A stretch of 42,551 bases of DNA from Trypethelium eluteriae (taxonomy: Eukaryota). The notes under the pieces are model-generated. The model searched no databases, had not been told where the DNA came from, and worked only from the letters and a program-made list of their open reading frames with translations. The DNA is taken from assembly GCA_051942245.1 (NCBI GenBank), contig JAVECL010000151.1, forward strand, positions 1-42,551. Reading direction: 5' to 3'. This document shows positions 26,199 through 41,537 of this stretch, piece by piece (the first letter of the stretch is position 1; the number at the start of each line of letters is the position of its first letter). The translations under genes and the position numbers were made by a program.

Positions 26199-26989
26199 AT
26201 GAGGTTCTTAATCACTTGTTCCACATATTCCTTGTTTGTCGCGAATTTGGTAGCTGCTTCTCCTACAACAGGTTCTAATGACAGTGTTACAGTGTAAAAC
26301 TTCCCGAAATTATCAATCCTAATGATTCTATTAACGATGTTAGTGTTTCAACATACATGCCAGATTATCAACCTATTTATAATGTCTCCAGCCCTAAGAA
26401 ACGCTATGATACGCCGCAACAATTCGAACATCTAAAAAGACAACTTCCACACGCAATTGAATGTCCATTGCCAGATATGGATCCCCGTTACAGACACACG
26501 GTGTGGGCGAAGTGTCGTGGCGATGATCCAAGAGCATATTCGGTCATGTGTCAGGCATTCCCTCTTGATGCCCGGTACTACCAGTTCTCCATAGGGCATT
26601 GCGATAATGACGATCTATGCCTTGATTTACCTCCAGCTGGGTCTGTGTGTCTTCCTGCAGCCTCCGCACTGACTATTCGTAAAGCGCAGAAAGACTATGA
26701 TACTGCAAAGTATACCAGTCATGTTGTGACCACAGGGGCTGCTCACGCGAACTTTGCGCTTGTGTTAAGAGGACAGGATGACGATCAAACCGTTTTCCAG
26801 TCTAGCGAAATAAGTCTCGTCCCCAGAGATAAGAACAATAATAACCTCCAAAACGCAATCACATGTCAAGAATGTAGTGAACTGAGGTTTAACGATTTTC
26901 CCAAAAATACGGAGAATTTTGGTATGAATATAATATTACCACACGCCGGCGATATAGCAAGATTACAAACATACGGCTGGTATGGGTAG
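26199..26989 (+). CDS. Small secreted Kex2-processed 8-Cys protein (~246 aa), FOLD (SIX1/Avr3/SIX6-like) effector candidate
   Basis: Signal peptide MRFLITCSTYSLFVANLVAA|SP, probable 50-nt intron 26294-26343, pro-region ending PKKR...HLKR|Q. Mature Cys spacing C-16-C-11-C-16-C-5-C-9-C...C-2-C. Confidence 0.75.
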
Positions 26990-28453
26990 TTGATGCGCTT
27001 TTGCGGGTTGTTATCCATTCGTAAGGGCAGACCTCGAGAAGTTGCCATAGCTGTATGAGATCTGAGAAAAAGAATATATTTGAGGATATTCATAGATGGA
27101 GTGAGGAATCTGTATTCGCGATAGTGAAGCTGCAGAGGTCTGCTGAAGAGATTTGCAGAAGCGTGTCTGTATTAGTCTGCCGGCTCGTTGCGGTCGTAGT
27201 GATATACAAGGCTCTACGTCCGTCATGCCTTTGATTGAGAGTATAGACACTCCTTCAGCTTTGGACATATTCATGGCGCTATTTCCCATGGCTCAAGCAA
27301 AACATTCTTAAGTCGCAACCTCGGGACGGGAAAGATAATGCTTTGACCCTTTGCAAGATCATACACCTTCGCATAGCAACGAATAACAAAGATGTAGACT
27401 CTCAGCAGCAAAGTCTAGGACTCTAGGTTTTGTAGAAATTACATTGGAAAGAACCGCAAGACAAGATAGGCTATAGGTTTATCAATGGGAAGAGGAAGTA
27501 ATCCATAGGATAGATGAGAGCACTGTAGAACACCACACGTCGAAGGATGGGACATAGCGTGAACCACATACTTTCCATGATTTCCCTACAAAGAAAGCCT
27601 CGACATGATGAAGTCCAAGGTGCCAAGGCGAACTGGTTCGACTCGAGAGTGTCGGACCGATGGTGCATTGCAGTGCCAAGCAACTCTCCTTGAATACCTA
27701 TAATATCGTTCATACGAGGTAGGTTCGCCAAGACTAAAAGCCGAAGCCCATCGTTTGGTACACGTGAGATGAAATGCGGAAGAAGTTCGGGCAACGTGAG
27801 GTCGTGAGGTGATTGCCTACCTTGAGTGGTGAACAGCCTGTAGAGCGGCGGAGGGTGGCTGGAGTGCAAACAGGCTAGGTCAAAAAGGGTCACGAGGATC
27901 CACCTTCTAACGACTCCTCGTTTCACGCAGATCCGCAGAGCAGCGAGGGCCCATCGCCGACCCTTCAAACTTGAAACCCCTCACCATGCAATGGACCGAG
28001 GCTTCCCAAACTGCCCTTGTTCCATTACCTGGGCCATCCTCAACCTTCGAGTAAGAGGTCGCCCCGAGGAGCAAGAGCTGCAGCAATTAATGAGGCCCAA
28101 TGGAGCGCAAGCCATGCCGGTCGGTAGGTTGGCACGTTGGCCACCGCAATCTGTAGCTCGGCAAGCCCGAAGGAGATCCTACCGAGGCGCTCAAGTTCGA
28201 TGTGATTTCAATTGTGGGGTAATAATTTGATGGTGCGGACGATTCTTGGCAGTTGGCGTCGAGACATCGACCGTTACAGTCACATATTAAATGACTACTC
28301 CACAGTCTTCCGATCGTTGGGCGCGATGCTTGCTTTCAGTTTCTAAACTCTCACACTGTTTCACTTTCTCAAGGTTCACTCTCTTTCTATTGAGCGTTCT
28401 TTATCATATCCCTACAGCCTGTCGTTTCTTACTCTTACACCAGTCACGATATT

Positions 28454-29464
28454 ATGAAGTTCTTCAATTCAGGCCGGACTAAAGGTGGCGAACGATCGCA
28501 AAGGTATGCGGCTGTGGCAGCACGCGACGACGACGACGACTCAGAGGTCAATCTTACGCATGAATACAAAGATGAAGATGTGGAGAACGAACTGAGGGAA
28601 CTCAAGAAGTCACTATGGAAGACAAAAATGCTGCTCCGCTCCACCCTCGGCTTGGGCATGCCTTGCCTTGTACTTGTCTTTTTTCTCTTAGCCATCAACG
28701 TTGTAAAAGTACAACAGTTGGCTCCATCACAGCTGCTCTTGACACCCGTTCCGCCAAGTGAGTGCTAAAGACAACTGAATTTCGCGATGAGCCCAGACTA
28801 ATGGGTGCAGTACCTATGACCGAATACACGTTCCGCGAGGATCCCGTATATTCCGCCCGCCCGTCAGACGAAACTGATAAGGCCTGGAATGCATTGCTTC
28901 CTGTAGGCGAATTTCTAGGATTGATTTGTTTTGCAGGCTAACATGTCCCATCAGCCTGGCCGAGGATTCGTCTTCATCGAAGATTATGAGGAGTACAATT
29001 TACCACCGGGTGAGGAGACTCCATACGGCACAATATTTTCCGTTGCTCTATTCCATCAACTTCACTGTCTCGGCCAGCTGCGGAAGTACTACTGGATGTT
29101 ACTCGATGGCGTCGTTGCTTTGGACAAGAACGTGGACACGAAAGTTTTCAAGATGGCGGAGGAATTGATGGGCGAGCACGGCGACCATGTCCACCATTGC
29201 TTTGATTATCTGCGGCAGAGCTTGATGTGTAATGGAGATATGGCGATGGAGTGGCCCAGGACAGAGCCTAACGGCGCGAGATTTGCAGTTGATGGATGGG
29301 GCATACCGCATGAGTGCAAGAACTGGGTAAGTTTTCAAGCACTGGTATCTACTTGATTGTCAGACTGACGTCTATTGCAGGATGCTATTTCTGACTACAT
29401 GGACGAAAACCACTTCAATTACTCGACGAACAACGAGATCGCTCCACATAGGCTTCGGATCTAG
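28454..29464 (+). CDS. DUF3328 / UstYa-family oxidase (type II membrane protein)
   Basis: N-terminal TM segment, DKAWNALLP, twin HxxHC motifs FHQLHCL and HVHHCFDYLRQSLMCNGD, then DGWGIPHECKNW. Introns 28758-28810, 28903-28954 and 29327-29380; TAG at 29462-29464. Confidence 0.95.
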
Positions 29465-29941
29465 TTCTCTTACCTTTGTCAATAAATTCCCTGTATTTGT
29501 ATTGATCATCATAGCCGCACGGCGTTGGTTGTATCGAGTCCGACATTGTCGCAATGACTGTCGAAATTTAGACAAGTATCTTAGTCTAGGAACAGGCTAT
29601 CTCTGATATTTAGAGAATGATTGAGAATCTCAACAACATCTCAATGAGTACCCTTGAATGCCTCTGGCCATCTGAGGTGCGTGTGCATGTCCAAAATAAG
29701 GTGACTAACTCAGCCTTGTTGAGATCTCCAACGTCTGGTATCCATAACAAGTCGAACTTGAAGTTGATAAGGCCACGGCCAACGTCCGCTCTACCTGCAA
29801 TGTCGAGAGAGAGGCTAGACGAACCACGCAATGGATAACGCGGCAATCAGAAAACGTTGGTATTTCTCTTTTCACTAGCTAAGTCGCTACTGAGACTACA
29901 TACAGCCCGCTACTCCACCTTACAAACCAGCTCCACACCCA

Positions 29942-32490
29942 CTAGCCAAATTTAATCCCCATGTTTGGGTCCCACGTCGTCCTCGTTGGCGTCGGCGCCG
30001 CCAAGGGCTGCCCCTGCGGCGGCCTCACCGCATATGGCGGCTGCTGCCCTTGGCTCTGCCGTTCCTGCTGCAGCAGATGCGGCTGCTGCTGGCTACTACT
30101 ATTGATATCATTGCTGTTGCTATTCAGACTCAGCCCAGACAACTGGGACGTGAGATCGGTCTCCCTAGCGCGCAGGTCAGCGCGTCGGTGGTAAGCAAAG
30201 GCGCGGCAGTCGTCGCGGTAGCGCGCCACCATCTTGGCGAGGTCGTTGTAGAACTTGCGACCGACGTCGAGATTCGAGATGATCTCTTTGTACTTGTAGT
30301 ATGCGTTCTCGAGGGACTGCAGGGCCTGCTCGCGCTCGCGGGTTGACGTGTCTCCGCGGCGGGCGTCGAGGAAGGCGGTGTTAGCGTGTTGGAGGCGGGT
30401 AGAGATGTCGTCTTGCTCTTCTCGCTCTTCTTTGTTCATGGCGTGGTCGGTGTCGTAGCGCTGGAGGCGGGTCTCGAAGAAGTCCTCGAATTGGACGGCT
30501 TCGATGGCTTGCATTGGGTACTCACGCTCTAGGCGGGCGGCTTCTTTGAGGAGGTCCGGGTTGACGTCGTCGGCTTTGGCTTTGGCTTTGAGGTTTTCGA
30601 TTTTGCGTTTTCGCCGGCTTTCGAGCCGACTGACTTCATTCAGGCAGCCACGGAGTTTGCTGGCTTCTCGCTCGAGTTTTGCGGTCATGGTGGCCCGTCG
30701 ACTGCTTGGTACGAAATCTTCGAGATCTCGATCAGTCCCCGACAATAATCTGATGAGATGCTCGTGTTGCTTCAATTTCTCCCGAACAAGACTATCGCTG
30801 TTGCTTGCAGACTTGAAGTAGCCGTCGATTTCTTTGTTTTGCGAGTATAATTGAGGTGCAGCTTCTGAAGATTTCGGTCTGTTCCATCGATCAGTCCCGT
30901 GTCTTCGCCTCGCCTGTTCATCTTCAGCAGCTTCAGCACGCAGATTTTCCACTGCTTCTTCATATGCGGCTCTGTCACCCGTCTTTAGTTTTTCAGTCTC
31001 AGCCATTGAGCGTTGAAGGCGATTGATGCCGTCTTGCTGTCTTATCTCTTCGGCATGAGATATGAGCGTTGGGGGTAGACCGAGTGGCTTTTCGAGGGCT
31101 TGTAGTGAACCCGGTAGATTGAGTGACTGCAGTAAATCATGAAGTTTGGCGGTAAGACCCTCCAACTCATCAATAATTGTATTGTTAACCAGGCGATCTC
31201 TTCTATCAGCGTAGATGCTCGCAGCCACATGAACTGAGTAGGGCACAAGCTTTGAAAAAAGTGGGCGTCCAAGTTCACTCTTTTCCCCAAGCATTGAGAG
31301 CGGGTCTGAAACTTCTGGAGGAATCTTAGAGGCCACCATACTAGCCCTGTCAAGAGTTTTGAGGTCAGACTTGGACGGTACTGGTAACAAATAGATGGTA
31401 TCGTTATCTTTCTCTGCTGTCTTCAAATCTTCTGACACCTTGTTCTTCAATCCATTCAAGTCACTGAGAACGACCTTGTTCAGATAGCGAGCCTCTTTCA
31501 GCGCTTCGTTCACACATGTGAGACTGTCCCTCAGCCGAGCAACCTCTTCCCCGTACTTTCTCTTCTCTAAGCAATCACAAGCCGCACGGTATTGCGCTGC
31601 CGCGGCAAAGTGATGATGTTTAGCAGACATATGATGGATCCATTCGCTGCTGATGCTGTCCGACTTGACGCCGTAGTCCTGGGCTTCAGAGTAGAGGTCC
31701 GAGACCTTGGCCGCCAATTTCGCTATTGTAGCGTCTTTCAGACCATCCTTGACAGCCTTCTGCCAAAAGAGCTCCTGACTTTGCGCAAGCATGAGGTACT
31801 CTAGGCTCTCCAACGTCATTGTATCCATATCCTCATGTGGTGTAGATCGCATTTCTGGGACGACTTCTGTCTTGACGTGCGAAATGACTCCAGCAGCGAG
31901 GCAGAATAAATTGCAGGCGGATTTAAGACCTTCTGGGCTGCTGCGGTTCGCCGACATTGCTAATTGGGAGTACATCGCAGCAAGATTGAAGAGAATGTTG
32001 GCAAGCTCAAAACGTATGTTGTTCTGCGAAACTAGGTTATTGTTGGGGGAAGTTCAGCAATGCGATGTGGTTGAACTTACCAGGCTTGGAAGTATTATAT
32101 CCGATTGCTGCATACCATATGAAGTTTGCTCCGATCTGAGCAAGAAATTTTCAGCATAGCTCGCAAGCTAACTTTAAGCCTTCATTACCCACGTCTATGG
32201 GAAACTTCCCACCCATCCAGACAAGTTGAGCAGCATATGCCTGAAGCTTCCGGACGCCGCTCTGGTGGGGTTCCACCGAATGAACAGCACCATTACGCAG
32301 CCTATCGATTTCCTCCAGATCCAGCTTGAACATGTCTGGATGTTGGTCATATTTTTCTGAAATGTATTGTTTGACTGCTTCGGCGATAGACACAGAATGG
32401 GTCTTGCGAAAAGGCAGGAAGAGGATATTCCTTACGTACGTCAGTCCATCTCTTCCCTGAGCAGAGTAACCACACGACTTACGATGTCAT
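29942..32490 (-). CDS. palA: pH-response regulator PalA/Rim20 (BRO1 + ALIX V domain)
   Basis: MTSNILFLPFRKTHSV...YDQHPDMF, GGKFPID, LAQSQELFWQKAV, KYGEEVARL, KDNDTIYL, LNLPGSLQALEKP and GRKFYNDL; ends TWDPNMGIKFG. Confidence 0.95.
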
Positions 32491-33089
32491 GATCGCTGAC
32501 ACTTCCGTATCACCCGCTTGAAGTCTGGAGAATGTTGGTAGCGTTGCTGTTTACGGGGGGATGTTTACAGGCGAAGTTTTTGGGTTGTTACGGGATCGTG
32601 CAGGCATCGAAGCTTTGGCATCGTGGGGCTACGCTTGGCGAATGACGTCGCAGGAAGGGAACTCCCACACAGCGCTTCAAACTTCGGCCAAACTGATGGT
32701 GCTAGGATCGCTGTGCTAACGAACAAGGAGTGTACGGAGTACGGAGTATGGGAGTTGATCGGCAGCAGCTACGCTGGCTGCGGTCGAATGGCGGAAAAGC
32801 CGCTGGTAATCGTCCCGTTTGGAGAAAGGATGAAGCTGCATTTGTCACAAGAACGTTGAAGAAGCACTTCAATCCGTTACGCGGCTAATTTTCTGGATTG
32901 ACCACCACCTTACCTTTCCAACGACACGAAACGGTTCCTGAGTTCGCGTACCCCTCAGGCTACTATCCGGCAGATTATAAATTCACCCGCTTGTCAGCAT
33001 TCGTATCCGGTCTTTATAGATCACTTCCTTCTCCTGCCGACCCAACTTGAACTCAAGCACAACATCCTCAAACCTACGCAAACATCACA

Positions 33090-33408
33090 ATGGCCGAACA
33101 TAAATATAAGTTCAACATCTCCATGTCCTGCGGTGGCTGCTCTGGAGCTGTTGAGCGCGTCCTCAAGAAGCTTGACGGTAAGCCATGAAGCAAATCTTGG
33201 CTTCGGTCTTCGTATCTCTAATCAGGCTTTGTCCGCAGGCGTCAAGTCCTACGATGTCTCTCTTGAAACCCAGACCGCCGACATTGTCACTGACGAGAGC
33301 CTCGACTACCAAACCGTTCTCGAGAAGATCTCCAAAACCGGCAAGAAGATCAATTCTGGTGAGGCGGATGGCGAGACAAAGTCTGTCGAAGTGGCTGCTG
33401 CTGCATAG
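33090..33408 (+). CDS. ATX1: Copper chaperone Atx1 (HMA domain)
   Basis: MAEHKYKFNISMSCGGCSGAVERVLKKLD|GVKSYDVSLE...ISKTGK, with MxCxxC and KTGK motifs; intron 33178-33238. Confidence 0.96.
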
Positions 33409-35312
33409 ATTCGGAGATAGATATTATAAGAGTTCAATCATGTAACTACGAACCACACTAAAGCGATAATGATGAATGGAACGAAGCTGTTTGGGTCGTC
33501 TTGAATGTAGCTTTTGTTGTGTCCTATTGACGCTCCGAATAGTACATCAGTTTATCACGGCTCAATCTGTCGGCCCATGCCCACAACGTTTGTACCAGGA
33601 CAGGCACCCGGCTAGGCTTGCCGGGGTTCCTACTCATCATGTTCGCCAAGAGATCGGCCTCCGCTAGTCAGCTAGAACAATATCGAACTGATGTTTGTGG
33701 GCATACCATTTACCTTGCTGTGTTTATTCAATTTTGGCACACTCGATTGCTGGCCGAATGAGTTGGGTCTTGGCCATAGGTGGTCTAACATCACAAATTC
33801 GTGCTTCGGGCCTTCCACTGCTCTCTTTCTTTATAACCATGGAATCATAGCTTTCGGCGCATTCAGAATGTGTAGCTTTTCGGGAAGGGCACAACACCCA
33901 ATTACCATTTTCTCTGATTTACTTCACTAGCAACATAGTCACGCCAGCTAATGGTAGAATCCACAGTATCCCTGTTGACCCTGTTGTGTTACCCAAATGA
34001 GAGGTACACAATTAAGTCGCCAAATGCGTTTGACCAGGGGAAAATCAGCCGGTGAGAACGGTACTAGGTGATGATCCTAGAGCAGAGGGAATAACAGCCA
34101 ACATCGACGGTTAGAAGATCGAACGCTTGAAGGATAAGACAGGAGGATGATACAGGGATAACTTGGTTTGTTCCTTCGAATGCATTGAAGGATCTTAGAG
34201 TCAAAAGAGTTTAAGGGGCATCAAGGAGAGTTTGGGAAGCGGTTACCAGCATTGATCAGCGGTACATAACTACGGAATACATGGCTCTGACACGCTTGAG
34301 GCAGCCAGCCCACATCCTGACGGAGGATGCGGTGATCACTTAAGCATTATTCATTGCTAGCCGATTTCACTGGAAATGAAGCATTTCGTGTGTCCATTAT
34401 CCGGCGTGCCACCAAAAATGCTGTACTAGCAATCCACGTCAATCTTTGGCTAAGAGCACTTTGAAAGAAGCACTGCAGCACGCCGAAGCTTATCTCGCCA
34501 AATTCAGTCATTGAGTTTTGTCGAGGTGAAACCTCCCCTCCTTTTTCTTTCTTTTCTTCGGCTGAACATACGACAGAACATGCAGTTGAAAGGTCTTACA
34601 AAGGCTCGAGCGTGGTAGTGAGCAACCCGGTTACAGGACATTACTGCTTACTCGAATACTCCCTTAACACAACCGCCAACGTACTCCTACGTGAGAAGCA
34701 TAAACCGGGTTAGAAGGAAGCACAGACTGCTACTCCTCAGAGTGGTTTACATGACGCTAGCGAAGGTAGCACTGCGCATTAGTAATTTGTATTTCACCAA
34801 ATTGCGCCATACCAAACCGAAGAATCCTTCAAACGCCGAACAAGTATCATCGTGGAGTGCACCGTAGAACCCTGTTGTCACAGCATTTGTACACGACTGT
34901 CTGACCATGCATTACACAGCAGACGGTCAATTCCGATACTGGAAAGTGTTAGCAAGTCAGAATCATTCGATGAATCAAAGCCTAATTGCCGCAAAGCTGA
35001 TATTTGCTGATATGACCATGACTGGTGGAGGCTTCAGATCCGCGCTTCAGCGATGGGCTGCTGACCATTAGTCGGTAAACCTCGCGCACACAGTAATTGC
35101 TGCTAGTGCCGTCCTGAAGCTGCAGGAGCAACAAAGAGGCAGGCCGATGTCATAGACAGCTACTGCCGGGGAATCTCAGAGATTGGCAACCGGTCCTTTT
35201 TAGAGAGGCGGCCTATATCGAACAAAGGGTACAATGAGATGATATCTGGATGGTCGATTTCTCAGTTTCAAATCGGCGACACCGTGCCGATAAAGTACCT
35301 TATTGTATCACA

Positions 35313-35332
35313 AATACCGCGCTTCCGATTGG
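35313..35332 (-). promoter_or_regulatory. Candidate CBC:HapX bipartite site (CSAAT-N12-RWT) upstream of HEM2
   Basis: Minus strand reads CCAAT-cggaagcgcggt-ATT, about 300 bp upstream of the HEM2 ATG. Low-information motif. Confidence 0.35.
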
Positions 35333-35627
35333 TGGGATGACGCTATACCCTACCACATCGTTTGGTCCTCATACATGAGAATGTCTCCATTTATTTGCCT
35401 CCACAAGTATCTTCGTACAAGCTTCATCTGGGGATCTTTGCGATTCTCGCTACCATTTTTGAAAGTCTACCAGGCCAACTGGGTGATACAAAAAGTTGTA
35501 CCGCGTCCGAATCTAGATTCACCATAAGTCTACTTATTGGTCCATGCTATCGTCGTTGAATTATCTTATGACGATTTATTGAACTCTCTTGTCGACCTTG
35601 GTATATCTCGCCTTGTTTCAAAACACT

Positions 35628-36811
<1,184 letters not shown>

Positions 36812-37223
36812 GGGCGCCTTCTATGAAGACATCTTTAAAATATCTTTCGTAATCTCCAAGGTACGATATGATGAGCCTGTGGTAAATTCGAGCTTCGACA
36901 TGCCCTTTGCAGGATTTGATTTGCTACAACTCTGGTGATGGGACTTTTTCGCGCAAAGTGATGTCGAGATGCTAGCCTATTTATAAAAGACATACCTGTT
37001 TTGGAAGTGGTTATGATTGATTCAAAGTGGGTTGTCTTCAATCTACTTGAATAGTACAGAACGCTGCATATAGACCCAGATCCTCCCAAGCTAGGTATCT
37101 CTGGCTCGCATGACGCCAAACCATCCCCCTCTCTGGCTCCCAAAGATGCTCATGCACATTTCCGCCGGGTCAATTGCCAAACATGGAGGCAGTAAAGCGG
37201 CTCGGCGAAAATGCTTCCTCATC

Positions 37224-39904
<2,681 letters not shown>

Positions 39905-41537
39905 CACAGCTCTGGGCGACGCCTCACGCTCAGGCAGTCAAGACGACGGAATACGACCAAGCGAGAAAACCGTATAGCTGTAGGTGGAGTCTCCAGTAGC
40001 GAGTTAATCGCAGTCAAGTGGACAGCCTAAGTTCATGGATGTCGCGCAGAAGGATCGGGGATGGTGGTCTTTTGTCGGATTCGCAGTGTAGTCGTCGGAA
40101 TTTTGATGTGAGGCCAGATCAGCTAGGCAAAGTATCTAGATCGGGCCTAGCGCGGCACAGCTTCACCACTTTCCACCGCTGCGGAGGACTCTTTCTCCTT
40201 CTTCTACATTCATACGCCAGTACCAGAATACTACTATCGACAGCCTCAAGCGTCCATCTCGAGGCTGCTTTCGCGCTAGGCGGAGACTGATTGATTGACC
40301 CATGGCTGGGCGCCTGACTTTAAAGAGTTATTTCGGCTCTAAGGAAAATTTGTTAGGAATCAGCAGAGGTTACATGCTACCTTTCCTTGAGTCTTTGAAG
40401 GAATAGCTCGAGAGAAAGCTTCTTGAGATGGGTTTGGTCCAAAATCGACTGCACCCGATGCCTTCCACTCCTTGATCAAGGACTTCTAACAGTCGTACCG
40501 GATTTGGCCGTCTTCCTCAGTGAACACAGAGAATGTCATCATTACCATTGATGCATATTCTGTAACTCGTAACTTGCCCCTTCTTGCTTCTACTTCTTTC
40601 ATCGCTTTCATGACTCGGTGTCCTCTCAATAACTTATTAAATCAAATACTGGAGCAAGTAATTGAACAATTTTCATTACGTCCTTTTTGGCTGAATCGTC
40701 TTACTACAAGATCATCGCGGAAGGACTACTTTGGTAGGGTTGGAATTCGGAACCGGCCAATGGTTCGAAGTAGCTGTTTCGAAATTGTAGGGTCTTTAGA
40801 AGTCGCCTTTATTCTATTCACTTTCTATAAGAGCCGATGAAATAGTCATCGAGACCTGATATCTGTTCTGCACCACCCGGGACGCCCCAGACAGAATTCC
40901 GAGATATATGACAGTTTTTCGGGCTTATACACGCTATAACCGAGAATAAAGACTTCACTGATAGCTTACAATGAATTGTTAAAAGAATCACCAAGTCGAT
41001 TTTTTGACTCCGCGTAACTGAAAGGGTGCTCTACCCGATTTCGAGCCGTAAGTGACTCGGCGAAGCCGCGCGTTCGGGATATGTGTATCAGATACTCTTT
41101 ATAGCGAGGATCAAGACTTCATAGCTAAATTTCCCGCTCTACAGAACCAGAGGTCTCCCAGCGAAGTAAAGGCTACGGTAAAAACGTTGGTCTTGCACAC
41201 TCTCCACGTTGAACTTGAGGATGATATGGTAAAGGCCAATTGAAAAGCTTCTAACCAATCACTTCAACTCCATATATTACGAGGCTTCGATAAGAATGCA
41301 GGTTGTGGATGATGTTTTGACCTCGTAGAGTTAATATGCGATCATTAAAGGTAGTCTCGATTAAAGCACTGCCAACACATACGGTCGTCCTACCAACACC
41401 CCAAAGAAGCCGTCACTTACTTGAAGACTGCTGCCCTGCGTAACCTGTAATTGCGAAAACAGAAAAGTCGAGTCGTCGAAAATCCCTTGACCTCGTACAT
41501 TTCATGTGCGACCAGTCAAGACTGTTCTCGTAAAAGG

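Noticed and set aside
27011..28230. ORFs between the effector candidate and DUF3328 as a possible RiPP precursor
   Set aside because: No signal peptide, no repeated KR-delimited cores and no recognisable motifs.
28454..33408. DUF3328 (reported copper-dependent family) lying near the copper chaperone ATX1
   Set aside because: palA lies between them and ATX1 belongs to the housekeeping block; nothing in the sequence supports a functional link.
34068..34290. GTGATGA ... CTGA pair suggesting a box C/D snoRNA
   Set aside because: The spacing is about 220 nt, with no terminal stem or recognisable rRNA-complementary guide; this is compatible with chance.
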